From the NCBI GenBank assembly GCA_031416295.1, contig JANOTJ010000277.1, forward strand, positions 1-31,435: 31,435 nt of DNA, read 5' to 3'. Source of the DNA: Chloroflexota bacterium. GTDB lineage: Bacteria > Chloroflexota > Limnocylindria > Limnocylindrales > CSP1-4. Positions 1 to 8,761 of this stretch are shown piece by piece (position 1 is the stretch's first letter; every line of letters begins with the position of its first letter). Below the pieces are notes generated by a model. The model had not been told where the DNA came from. It saw only the letters and a program-made list of their open reading frames with translations, and ran no database searches. A program made the translations under genes and the position numbers.

Positions 1-1193
1 CCCGCCTCCTCGGCCTGGGCCACGAGCGAGCCCACGACGTGGTGAGCGACACGGAACGGGATGCCGCGACGGACCAGGGCATCGGCCACCGCGGTCGCCG
101 TGGTGTAGCCCTCGTCGGTGGCGGCACGCATCCGCTCGCGATCCACGGTCATCGTCTGGAGCATCCCGGCGAGCACGCCCAGCGACGCCTCGAACACGGC
201 CACGCCATCGAACAGCGGCGCCTTGTCCTCCTGGAGGTCGCGCTGGTAGGCCAGCGGCAGCCCCTTGAGCAGCGCCAACGCCCCGGTGAGCTGCCCGATG
301 ACGCGGGCGGCGCGGCCACGCACGAGCTCGGCCGGGTCCGGGTTCTTCTTGTTGGGCATGATCGAGGAACCCGTGGAGAAGGCGTCGGACGCGCGCACGA
401 ACCCGAACGCCGGGTTCGACCACCACGTGATCTCCTCGGCCAGCCGGCTGAGGTGGACCATCCCGAGGGCGATGGCCGCGAGCGTCTCCACGACGAAATC
501 CCGGTCGCTGACTGCATCGAGCGAATTCGCCGTGACGCCGTCGAACCCGAGTTCGCGCGCCGTCGCCTCGCGATCAAGCGGGTACCCGGCGCCCGCGAGG
601 GCGCCAGAGCCCAGCGGCGAGACGTTGGCCCGTCTCCCGGCATCGGCCAGACGCCCGCGATCGCGCTCGGCCATCTCGACGTAGGCCAGCAGGTGATGGG
701 CGAAGAGCACCGGCTGGGCCGGCTGGTTATGCGTCGTGCCGGGCAGCACCGCGGTGCCCTCGCGCTCCGCGAGCTCCACCAGGGCGCGCTCGAAGTCGAG
801 GAGCGCCGCATCCGATCGATCGATCGCCCGGCGCAGCCACAGGCGCAGGTCCGTGGCGACCTGGTCGTTGCGCGAGCGGCCGGTGTGCAGCTTGCCCGCC
901 ACCGGCCCGATGCGCTCGGCCAGCGCCGCCTCGAGGTTGAGGTGGACGTCCTCAAGGGCCGGATCCCACACGATCTCGTCAGCCGCCACGGCCTCGGCCA
1001 GGGTGGTCAGGCCGCCGATCAGCTGCGCGACCTCGTCGTCCGTCAGGAGGCCGGCCCTCGCCAGGCCGCGCACGTGCGCCATCGAGCCCGCGAGATCGTC
1101 AGCGGCCAGTGCCCGGTCGAGCTCCACGGAGCGCGTGAAATCGGCGACGCGCTGGTCGTTGTCCTCGCTGAAGCGTCCGCCCCAGAGCCGCAT
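1..1193 (-). CDS. argH: Argininosuccinate lyase (3' end truncated by the window edge)
   Basis: Translated by hand; absent from the ORF track because the frame runs off the window. Contains RLWGGRF, EDVHLNLE, GKLHTGRSRNDQVATD, the fumarase/ASL signature GSSIMPNKKNPD, and GIPFRVAHHVVG. Start placed at ATG 1193 (GGAGG 4 nt upstream); in-frame ATG 1220 is an alternative. Confidence 0.96.
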   Translation of the reverse strand, partial: MRLWGGRFSEDNDQRVADFTRSVELDRALAADDLAGSMAHVRGLARAGLLTDDEVAQLIGGLTTLAEAVAADEIVWDPALEDVHLNLEAALAERIGPVAGKLHTGRSRNDQVATDLRLWLRRAIDRSDAALLDFERALVELAEREGTAVLPGTTHNQPAQPVLFAHHLLAYVEMAERDRGRLADAGRRANVSPLGSGALAGAGYPLDREATARELGFDGVTANSLDAVSDRDFVVETLAAIALGMVHLSRLAEEITWWSNPAFGFVRASDAFSTGSSIMPNKKNPDPAELVRGRAARVIGQLTGALALLKGLPLAYQRDLQEDKAPLFDGVAVFEASLGVLAGMLQTMTVDRERMRAATDEGYTTATAVADALVRRGIPFRVAHHVVGSLVAQAEEA

Positions 1194-1218
1194 GGTGCCT
1201 CCGTCCTTGTTGGCGGCC

Positions 1219-1224
1219 ATGGTA
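1219..1224 (-). promoter_or_regulatory. Candidate -10 hexamer (TACCAT) for argH
   Basis: TANNNT-type hexamer followed by a short leader carrying GGAGG before ATG 1193. Confidence 0.4.
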
Positions 1225-1251
1225 GCCGCGCGATGAGGGTCGCCGGCCTGC

Positions 1252-1257
1252 CACACT
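1252..1257 (+). promoter_or_regulatory. Candidate -10 hexamer (CACACT), leaderless start of the GH5 gene
   Basis: 7 nt upstream of ATG 1265 with no Shine-Dalgarno in between. Confidence 0.4.
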
Positions 1258-1264
1258 CGCGGCC

Positions 1265-3169
1265 ATGGAACGCCTGTCGCTCGATGGACCGTGGTTCGCC
1301 GACGCGGCCGGTCGTCGCGTGCTCCTTCGTGGCGTGAACCTCGGCGGCAACTCCAAGACGCCGGGGTCACCGCCCGGTGCCACGCACCTCGCGCAGGACC
1401 CGGCGACCCACCGCGAGGCGTCGTTCGTCGGCCGGCCGCTGGCGCTCGACGAGATCGACATCCACCTTGCCCGCTACCGGCGCTGGGGCTTCCGCGTCCT
1501 GCGCCTGCTGGTGACCTGGGAGGCCGTGGAACACGCCAGGCCGGGCATCCACGACGAGTCGTACCTCGCCTACATCGCCGCGGTCGCGCGTCGCGCCGGC
1601 GACCACGGTCTGCACGTGTTCATCGATCCGCACCAGGACGCCTGGAGCCGTTGGTCTGGCGGCGATGGGGCGCCGGGTTGGACGCTGGAGGCCGTCGGCT
1701 TCGATCTTTCGAGGCTGGACGCCTCCGAGGCGGCCATCACCCAGCACGGCCGATCGCCTGATCGACACGGGCCGATGATCTGGCCAAACAACTGGACGCG
1801 CCTTGCGAGCGCGACGATGTTCGGGCTGTTCCTGGCCGGCGACCGCATCGCGCCACGAACCACGATCGAGGGCGAGCCTGCCCAACGCTACCTGCAACGC
1901 CACTTCCTGGGCTCGATGCGGGCGATCGCGGAGCGCCTTGCGGGCCTGCCCAACGTCCTCGGCTGGGAGCCGATGAACGAGCCGTCACCGGGCTACCTGA
2001 ACGTCGCCGACCTCAGCGCGCCGCTCCCGGTCTACGGCTCGGCGCCACAGCTGACCGGGCTCCAGTCGATGGCGGTCCCGGCCGGAGTCAGCGCCCGGGT
2101 CCCGCTCGTGGAACTGCGCGGTCTTGACCCGGTCGTCGTCGGCGAGACGATCCTCAATCCGAACGGTGTCAACGCGTGGCGCGACGACTCGTTCGACCCC
2201 TGGCGCCGGGAGGGCATCTGGGACCTCGATGATGGCGGGCGACCGCGCTTGCTTCGGCCCGACCACTTCGCGCTTGTCGACGTCTGGTCCGATGCGCTGC
2301 GACCGTTCATCCGCGCATTCGCCGCGATGGTCCGGGAGGTGGATCCGACCTGGCTCATCTTCGTGGAAGGCGAGCCAGGCGCCGAGGCGTCCCTGGCCTG
2401 GGACGCCATGACCGGCGACCCGGAGCGAGTCGTCCACGCCCCGCACTGGTATGACCTGGCCACGCTCATCACCAAACGATGGGATCCCGCCCGGGCGCTC
2501 GTCTGGGGCGAGCCTGGGACGGTCGTGGCTGGCGAGGCGGCCGTTCGCGCGTCCTTCACCGAGCAGCTCCTGAGCCACGTGGCGACGACGGAGCGCGTCT
2601 TCGGCGGCGGTCCCACCCTGATCGGCGAGGTCGGCGTGCCATTCGACCTCGACGATGGCGCGGCGACCAACGCAGTCGGCGGTCATGTGGCCGCGACCGA
2701 GGCCCTTGCCGCCTCGTACGCGGCACTGGACGCGGCCCTCGTCCACGGCACGCTGTGGAACGTCACACCCGACAACACGCACGCCCATGGGGACGGCTGG
2801 AACGGCGAGGACCTGTCCATCTGGAGCGGCGACGATGCGGCCCTGGCCCCGGACCCGAGGCACCCGGACGCGGGCACACGCGGCCTCAGCGCGTTCGCCC
2901 GCCCCTACGTGTACGCGTGCGCGGGCACGCTCGTCGAGCAGTGCTACGACCCGGTCGGTGGCGTCTTCGAGGCCGTGATCGAGGCCGGCGAGGCGGCCGC
3001 CAGCGCCCCGACAGAGGTCGTCTGCCCGATCCCTGCCTACCCGGATGGTCCGGCCATCGCGGTCAGCGCGGGGACGGCGGCCGTGGACGGCGACGCAGGC
3101 CGGATCCAGTGGCAGCACCCGACGACCGGCCGCCTGACCATCCGGCTGGCACGACAGTCCGCTACTTGA
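1265..3169 (+). CDS. Glycoside hydrolase family 5, endoglycoceramidase-related (EGCrP / GH5_12-like), probably cytoplasmic
   Basis: Motifs LLRGVNLGGNSKTP, TWEAVEH, DPHQDAWSRWSGGDGAPGW, acid/base MNEP, FIRAF, nucleophile region IGEVGVPF, WNVTPDN and DGWNGEDLSIWS, plus a C-terminal beta-rich domain. No signal peptide seen. Confidence 0.85.
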   Translation: MERLSLDGPWFADAAGRRVLLRGVNLGGNSKTPGSPPGATHLAQDPATHREASFVGRPLALDEIDIHLARYRRWGFRVLRLLVTWEAVEHARPGIHDESYLAYIAAVARRAGDHGLHVFIDPHQDAWSRWSGGDGAPGWTLEAVGFDLSRLDASEAAITQHGRSPDRHGPMIWPNNWTRLASATMFGLFLAGDRIAPRTTIEGEPAQRYLQRHFLGSMRAIAERLAGLPNVLGWEPMNEPSPGYLNVADLSAPLPVYGSAPQLTGLQSMAVPAGVSARVPLVELRGLDPVVVGETILNPNGVNAWRDDSFDPWRREGIWDLDDGGRPRLLRPDHFALVDVWSDALRPFIRAFAAMVREVDPTWLIFVEGEPGAEASLAWDAMTGDPERVVHAPHWYDLATLITKRWDPARALVWGEPGTVVAGEAAVRASFTEQLLSHVATTERVFGGGPTLIGEVGVPFDLDDGAATNAVGGHVAATEALAASYAALDAALVHGTLWNVTPDNTHAHGDGWNGEDLSIWSGDDAALAPDPRHPDAGTRGLSAFARPYVYACAGTLVEQCYDPVGGVFEAVIEAGEAAASAPTEVVCPIPAYPDGPAIAVSAGTAAVDGDAGRIQWQHPTTGRLTIRLARQSAT

Positions 3170-4427
3170 TCCCGCTCGTCGACACGTTCTCGACGTAGTA
3201 GCGCTGGACAAGCAGGAACGCGATGACCGGCACAGCGACCGCGATGGTCACGCCGGCGAAGATGAGCTGGGGCGCGTCCTGTGCCCGGCCCCCGAACTGC
3301 TGGAGCGCCACGGTCAGGACCTGCGCCTCGGTATTGCCCGTGCTGATGACGATGAACGGCCAGACGAAGCTGTTCCAGGAGTACAGGAACGAAAACGTGG
3401 TCAGGGTCGCCACCGCCGGCAGCGAAAGCGGCACAAAAATGCGCCACAGGATCGTCCAGCGACTCGCCCCGTCAACGATCGCCGCCTCCTCCAGCTCGCG
3501 CGGGACGGAGATGAAGAACTGGCGCATCAGGAACGTGCCGTACGCGGTGATCAGCCACGGGAACACCAGCGAGGCCACCGAGTCCACCCAGCCGATGGCG
3601 ACCATGAGCTGGTAGAGCGGGATGATCAGGACCACGAACGGGACCATGATGGAGCCGAGATACAGCAGGAAGAGCTGCTCGCGGCCCGGGAAGCGGATGC
3701 GCGCGAAGGCATAGCCCCCAAGGATGCTGGTCAGGAGCTGTCCGAGCACCGTCACGATCGTCACGAGGAGGGTGTTGGTCAGGTTCCGATCGAAACCGGC
3801 GCGATCCAGCACGTCCGAGAAGTTGCCCGGATTCGCCGTGGGTGAGCCGATCGCCACGGCCGTCCGCAGGACCCCGTAGCCAACGATGGCTGGGTCGCTC
3901 GGATCGACGAACCTCGCGACCGACGTCTCCCGCTCCAGGGCCAGCTGCCTGACCGTCCCCGCCACATCGACTGAGTAGAGCGGCAGGGTCGTCCCGTCCA
4001 CGACCGCCGTGGTCGGCGTGCCGTCGGCGGCAGTCAGCGCTGTCGCGGCCTCGATCGGCCACGCGAGCGGCGCGGCGTCTGGCGCGGTCGGATCGCGGAA
4101 GACGCCGGCATCCACGCCGCGCTCGGCTGGGTACATCTCGCGGACGACCCCATTCGTTTCGATGGCATACAGCGGCTGGGGCTCGTCGAGACCCGGCACG
4201 ATGACGGTCTTGGGCGCCTGGGGCAGGAGTGTCGGCGGAAAGACGTAGACCTCTTCACTGCGCTTCAGCGACGTCGTGACCATGAACACGAACGGGAACA
4301 CGACGATCAAGCCGACCAGGAGCAGCAGCACGTAGACCAGCACGGCGCCGGCGGTCCGCCGGATGCGTCGGCCGAGGCCAGGGCGGCGGGAGGCAGTCCT
4401 CACGCTCGGAGCGGTGATCGATGTCAT
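3162..4427 (-). CDS. Carbohydrate ABC transporter permease (MalG-like, CUT1) with a large extracytoplasmic insertion
   Basis: EAA motif ELEEAAIVDGASRWTILWRIFVPLS, GYAFARIRFPGR, FLMRQFF. Start at ATG 4427 (GAGGGA RBS upstream), not the 4460 given in the track. Confidence 0.93.
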   Translation of the reverse strand: MTSITAPSVRTASRRPGLGRRIRRTAGAVLVYVLLLLVGLIVVFPFVFMVTTSLKRSEEVYVFPPTLLPQAPKTVIVPGLDEPQPLYAIETNGVVREMYPAERGVDAGVFRDPTAPDAAPLAWPIEAATALTAADGTPTTAVVDGTTLPLYSVDVAGTVRQLALERETSVARFVDPSDPAIVGYGVLRTAVAIGSPTANPGNFSDVLDRAGFDRNLTNTLLVTIVTVLGQLLTSILGGYAFARIRFPGREQLFLLYLGSIMVPFVVLIIPLYQLMVAIGWVDSVASLVFPWLITAYGTFLMRQFFISVPRELEEAAIVDGASRWTILWRIFVPLSLPAVATLTTFSFLYSWNSFVWPFIVISTGNTEAQVLTVALQQFGGRAQDAPQLIFAGVTIAVAVPVIAFLLVQRYYVENVSTSGIK

Positions 4428-4437
4428 CAGTCGTCCC

Positions 4438-6144
4438 TCATCCGCCGAAGGCCGCGGCATCCCGCCGCTGTCGCCGGTACTGGATCACCGTGAACGCGAA
4501 GATGAGCGCGAAGAGCACCCACGCGACCGCCGATGCATAGCCGAACTCGAACTGCTGGTAGCCCGTGTTGTACAGGTACATGACCGGCGTCAGGGTCGCG
4601 TTGCTCGGCCCGCCGGGGTTGGGGCTGGTCAGGACGTAGGGTTCCGTGAACAGCTGCAGGCTCAGGATCGTGGTGGTGGCCACCACGAAGAAGGTGGTCG
4701 GCGCGACCATCGGGACGGTCACGTTGCGGAACCGCTGCCAGCGCCCGGCGCCGTCGATCTTGGCGGCCTCGTAGAGGTCGGCGGGGATGCCCTGGAGTCC
4801 GGCCAGGAACAGCACCGCGTTGAAGCCGACGAGCGTCCAGGCGAACACGATGGCGATGGCCGGCAGGGCCGTGGAGGGATCTGACAGCCAACCGATCTTC
4901 GGATCCGCGACGGACAGCCCGAAGGTGTCGTTGAGAAACGTCACCACCAGGCTGACCAGGTAGTTGACCCAGCCGACGCTCTGGTCGAGCAGGGACTTCC
5001 AGATGATGGCGACGCCGACCACGCCGGCCACGCTCGGGATGAAGTACAGGGCGCGAAAGAACCGCACCCCGCGCACATTCGAGTTGAGCAGCGTGGCAAG
5101 GAACAGGGACGGGATCACCGCCAACGGGATGGCGATGACCGAGAACAACAGGATGTTGCGCAACGAGATCCAGAACAGGTTGTCGCCCGCAGCGAGGACC
5201 AGCGGGCCGATGCGCAGGATCTCCGTGAAGCCCGGGTTGAGCCCGGGCGGCAGCGCCACGGTCGGATCCGACAGGGTGATGATCTGGATACTCAGGATGT
5301 CGATGTAGTTCTTCAACCCGACGAAGACCGGCGAACTGAACGCGTCCCAGTCGCTGAACGAGACGTACAGGCTGAACAGCAGCGGCCCGGCGAAGAAGGC
5401 CAGGAAGCCAAGGACGTTCGGCGACGCGAAGATCACGCCGTTGATGGTCTCGGAATCGCGCAGGGTCGCGCCGTACCGGCGGTGGCCGGCCGGTCCCCAG
5501 AGGGCCAGCAACACGGCACCGACGACGAGCAGGACGGCGCTGATCGCTGCGGCCTCAGGGCGCAGCAGACCCAGGGCGAAGTCGATGACGCCCCTCGGCG
5601 CCCCCATGGCCACGAGCCAGCCGACAACCGCGACGGCCAGCAGACCGAGCCGAAGCCGGCGCAGCGGCCGCTCGAACACCGACCGGTCGGCGGCGTCAAC
5701 GAGGTAGCTGAGCAGGAACGCGACCAGTCCCAGGGCCAGCCAGGGCAGGCCGGCAGCGAAGGAATCGGCGAGGGCGTCGATCCCCAGGAACGTGCCCTGG
5801 ATCACGAACAGGGCGACCAGCGCAGCGAGCACCACGAGATAGTCGACGATGATGGCCATGACCCGGCCGGTCGAGCGTTGCCCGAACGTCCACCAGGCGC
5901 TGACGCCGGCGGCGATCGTGAACAGGATGGGCACGGTCAACAGGACCAGGAAGACCGGCAGCGGGAGGTCGCGCGGCCCGGCCACGACGAGGGCCAGGGT
6001 GCCGATCGCACCGGCCACGGTCAGGATGAGCTGGAGGAGCGGCGTGAGCGCCGCGAGCAGATCGCGCGCACGGTCGAGCGGACCGCCCGGCCCGGGTGGG
6101 GGCACGGTGCGCTCGAGCGAGCGGGAGTCAGGCGTGGCAGTCAC
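4438..6144 (-). CDS. Carbohydrate ABC transporter permease (MalF-like, CUT1) with a long N-terminal membrane extension
   Basis: EAA motif LQGIPADLYEAAKIDGAGRWQRFRNVTVPM, FVGLKNY, and FEFGYASAVAWVLF. Confidence 0.93.
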   Translation of the reverse strand: MTATPDSRSLERTVPPPGPGGPLDRARDLLAALTPLLQLILTVAGAIGTLALVVAGPRDLPLPVFLVLLTVPILFTIAAGVSAWWTFGQRSTGRVMAIIVDYLVVLAALVALFVIQGTFLGIDALADSFAAGLPWLALGLVAFLLSYLVDAADRSVFERPLRRLRLGLLAVAVVGWLVAMGAPRGVIDFALGLLRPEAAAISAVLLVVGAVLLALWGPAGHRRYGATLRDSETINGVIFASPNVLGFLAFFAGPLLFSLYVSFSDWDAFSSPVFVGLKNYIDILSIQIITLSDPTVALPPGLNPGFTEILRIGPLVLAAGDNLFWISLRNILLFSVIAIPLAVIPSLFLATLLNSNVRGVRFFRALYFIPSVAGVVGVAIIWKSLLDQSVGWVNYLVSLVVTFLNDTFGLSVADPKIGWLSDPSTALPAIAIVFAWTLVGFNAVLFLAGLQGIPADLYEAAKIDGAGRWQRFRNVTVPMVAPTTFFVVATTTILSLQLFTEPYVLTSPNPGGPSNATLTPVMYLYNTGYQQFEFGYASAVAWVLFALIFAFTVIQYRRQRRDAAAFGG

Positions 6145-6180
6145 GGGAGGTCCTTCTCGGAGACTGGGCGAACCGGGTCG

Positions 6181-6204
6181 GGGCCGACCCTCGCGGGTCG
6201 GCCC
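6181..6204 (-). terminator. Perfect GC-rich stem-loop downstream of the SBP gene (mRNA stabiliser or attenuator)
   Basis: GGGCCGACCC-GCGA-GGGTCGGCCC on the minus strand: 10-bp stem with a GNRA tetraloop and no U-tract. Confidence 0.6.
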
Positions 6205-6219
6205 TCCCGGGGCGATGAC

Positions 6220-7605
6220 CTAGTTGCCGAACGCTTCCGCGTTGGCACTGGTGCAGATCGTGGCCTTGAACTCGTCCACGGTCGTCTCGCCATTCACGAC
6301 GGACGTGACGGCGGCGCCCATCACGGTGTCGAACTTGGGCCAGCTTCCGGCCCACAGCGGGCCCTCGGTGGCAGGGTTGGTGGTCAGGCCATCGATGAAG
6401 GCCTGGTTGTTGGCGGGCGGGCTGAAGGTCAGGAAGTCGGCGATCGCCGCATCTCCGACCCGGCTCGGGATATTGGCGCCGAGCTCGGAGACCATCTTCT
6501 GGACCTCCGGGTCGGTCAGGGCGTAGGCGACTTTCCAGGCGGCTTCCGCATCGGCGGCCTTGGCATTGACCGCGTAGGCGCCCCAGAACAGCCAGTTGCC
6601 ACCCGGCTTCGGGCCGTCGGGCAGACGCACGACGTCCCAATCGAACTTGGCATTGGTCCGGATGTTCGGAGTGGCCCAGCGGCCGTTCTGGAACATCGCG
6701 ACGTTGCCGGCGATGAACGGTCCTTCGGGATCCTCGCCGTACTTGATGGCGAAGTTGTCGAGCTCGTAGATCTTCTTCAGCTGCTCGAGTCCGGCGATCG
6801 ATTCGGGGGTGTCGAGACCACATGCGCTGCGATCGGCGTTGAAGAACCCGCCGCCGGCGCCATTCATCCAGACGCCGTACGGGCCCCACCACGACGAGGC
6901 ACCGTACGCCTTGACGTCAGCGCTCAGGGCAGCGACCTTCTTGCCGACTTCCTCGAACTTGGCCCACGTCCAGTCGCCGGCTGCGGCGAGCTCCCGCGGA
7001 TCCTCGGCCCCGGCCTCGGCGATGAGGTCGAGGTTGAGATAGAGGCCGAATGTGGACACGTCGCGGGGCAGGCCCCAGAGCTTGTCGCCGGGCTGGCCGG
7101 TGGCCGGGTCCGTCGTCAGCTGGGCCATCGGGCCCGGGTAGTACAGGTCGTCGCTGTAGCCGTCGGTCGCGCTCGCGTAGGAGCGCAGGTCAAGGGTGAT
7201 CCCCTTGGTCGCGAAGTCGGCCGTGTCCGTGCCTGGAAGCCAGAAGACGTCCGGGGCGGTGCCCGCGGCGGCCTCGGTCTTGAGCTGGTCCTGGTAGCTG
7301 GACGTCTCCGAGCCACCCTTCTGGTAGACGACCGTCACACCGGTCATCTGGCTGACCTTGGCCGCGACCTGCTCGTAGACGGCCGCCTCCGCGTCGTTGT
7401 CCGGGCGCGTACGGAATGTGACGGTCACATCCGAGGCCGGCTCTGACGGGGCGACGGTCGGCTCCGCCGAGGGCGCGCTGGACGGCGCCGTCGAGGGCGC
7501 CGATGAGGGAGCGGTCGATGCCGTATTCCCGGTACAGGCCGCGGCCAGGATGGCCGAGGCGGACGCTAGCGCAAGCCAGCGCAGTCGCTTGTCCACGATG
7601 TACAT
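6220..7605 (-). CDS. Sugar ABC transporter substrate-binding lipoprotein (SBP family 1)
   Basis: Lipobox LAAAC, Ser/Ala/Pro-rich linker (TAPSSAPSTAPSSAPS), AAGTAPDVFW, LWGLPRD, FIAGNVAMFQNG, FDWDVVRLP. AGGAGGAG RBS; the start may instead be GTG 7596. Confidence 0.93.
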   Translation of the reverse strand: MYIVDKRLRWLALASASAILAAACTGNTASTAPSSAPSTAPSSAPSAEPTVAPSEPASDVTVTFRTRPDNDAEAAVYEQVAAKVSQMTGVTVVYQKGGSETSSYQDQLKTEAAAGTAPDVFWLPGTDTADFATKGITLDLRSYASATDGYSDDLYYPGPMAQLTTDPATGQPGDKLWGLPRDVSTFGLYLNLDLIAEAGAEDPRELAAAGDWTWAKFEEVGKKVAALSADVKAYGASSWWGPYGVWMNGAGGGFFNADRSACGLDTPESIAGLEQLKKIYELDNFAIKYGEDPEGPFIAGNVAMFQNGRWATPNIRTNAKFDWDVVRLPDGPKPGGNWLFWGAYAVNAKAADAEAAWKVAYALTDPEVQKMVSELGANIPSRVGDAAIADFLTFSPPANNQAFIDGLTTNPATEGPLWAGSWPKFDTVMGAAVTSVVNGETTVDEFKATICTSANAEAFGN

Positions 7606-7624
7606 CTCCTCCTGTGTGCCCGCG

Positions 7625-8761
7625 TCAGCGAGCGCTACGAACCGCCACGTCGACGGTCGTCGGAACCACCTGCTCGGAGCGGTGGGTCACCTGGACCGCC
7701 GCCAGACGGGCGGCGGACTGCTCGGGCAGGGTGTCGTTGATGAACTGCCCTGCGGCAGTCTCGACACTCGCCCGGATCTTGGTGAGTTCGGCGGAGCGAT
7801 GGGGCGGAAGGAACTCCACGGACAGGTGCCAGTCCGGCACGTCCGTGGGACCCTCGTTGACCACCATCATGTACGGCAGTTCGAACCCGAAGAGTCCGTC
7901 GTACCGCGACACCACCTCCCTCAGCAGGGACGCGAGCTCGACCTGTTCGGCCGGCTCGAGGTCCGCCAGCCGGCGCAGCTCGTGACGTCGAGCCCGGATC
8001 CGGACTTCGAACGGCCAGCGAGCGGCGAACGGGACGGCCACCATGAAATGTTCTCCGCGGACGACCTCGCGCCCTGGCGCGGCAGTGTCCTCCGCCACCA
8101 CCGCGCAGGTAAGGCACGCAGCGGTCCGCTCACGGTGACGGGCCAGCACGGCCGCCCGGGCGGCGACGAACGGGGGCAGGCGATCGAAGGCGTAGATCTG
8201 CCCGTGCGGGTGGGAGATCGTCGCGCCGACTGCCTCGCCACGGTTCTCGAAGACCATCACGAAGCGGTGGACAGCTTCGGCCCACAACGCCGTCGAGCGA
8301 TCGCGCCAGATCGCGACGACGGTGGCCAGGGCCTCAGGCGACAGGGTTGCCAGCGAACCGACGTGCGCGTCGGTGTACAGGACGACTTCGCAGCGGCCCA
8401 CTGATCGAGCCATGCGCGGGTCGTCGCCGACGGGTGGCGGGGACGCCACGTATGACGGCCATCGATTCTCGAAGACCGCGGCGTCGTACCCGAAGGGCAC
8501 CTCTGGACCACCCGGGCACAGTGGACACGCGGTCCCCGCGGCTGTGCGCGCATCGAGCGCTGAGTTCGGGCGCCTGTTGCGGGCCGGGGAGATGGCGACC
8601 CAGGTGTCGGACAACGCGTCATACCGCTGGTGCAGCGCCGGCAACTCGACTGGTCCCAGGCTGTCGCCGGCGAGATCACCGCGGAGCTGGCCGTAGACGA
8701 ACAGGCGTCGGCCATCGGCCCGGCACAGGTCGTGGCGGGCCACGACGACGGCCGCTCTCAT
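7625..8761 (-). CDS. galT: Galactose-1-phosphate uridylyltransferase (HIT-like GalT)
   Basis: CPLCP Zn motif, VFENRWP, GRCEVVLYT, FENRGEAVGATISHPHGQIYA (catalytic HPH), N-terminal ADGRRLFVY. ATG 8761 overlaps the DeoR stop (ATGA). Confidence 0.95.
   Translation of the reverse strand: MRAAVVVARHDLCRADGRRLFVYGQLRGDLAGDSLGPVELPALHQRYDALSDTWVAISPARNRRPNSALDARTAAGTACPLCPGGPEVPFGYDAAVFENRWPSYVASPPPVGDDPRMARSVGRCEVVLYTDAHVGSLATLSPEALATVVAIWRDRSTALWAEAVHRFVMVFENRGEAVGATISHPHGQIYAFDRLPPFVAARAAVLARHRERTAACLTCAVVAEDTAAPGREVVRGEHFMVAVPFAARWPFEVRIRARRHELRRLADLEPAEQVELASLLREVVSRYDGLFGFELPYMMVVNEGPTDVPDWHLSVEFLPPHRSAELTKIRASVETAAGQFINDTLPEQSAARLAAVQVTHRSEQVVPTTVDVAVRSAR

Noticed and set aside
39-1337. 432-aa plus-strand ORF and other long ORFs antisense or out of frame to real genes (e.g. 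1985..3211, 5482..7446, 7397..8404, 12767..14473, 18002..19408, 21207..23018, 24405..25910, 27119..28576, 29018..30778)
   Set aside because: Arg/Gly/Pro-rich shadow frames expected at high GC. They have no recognisable motifs and fully overlap genes with clear family signatures.
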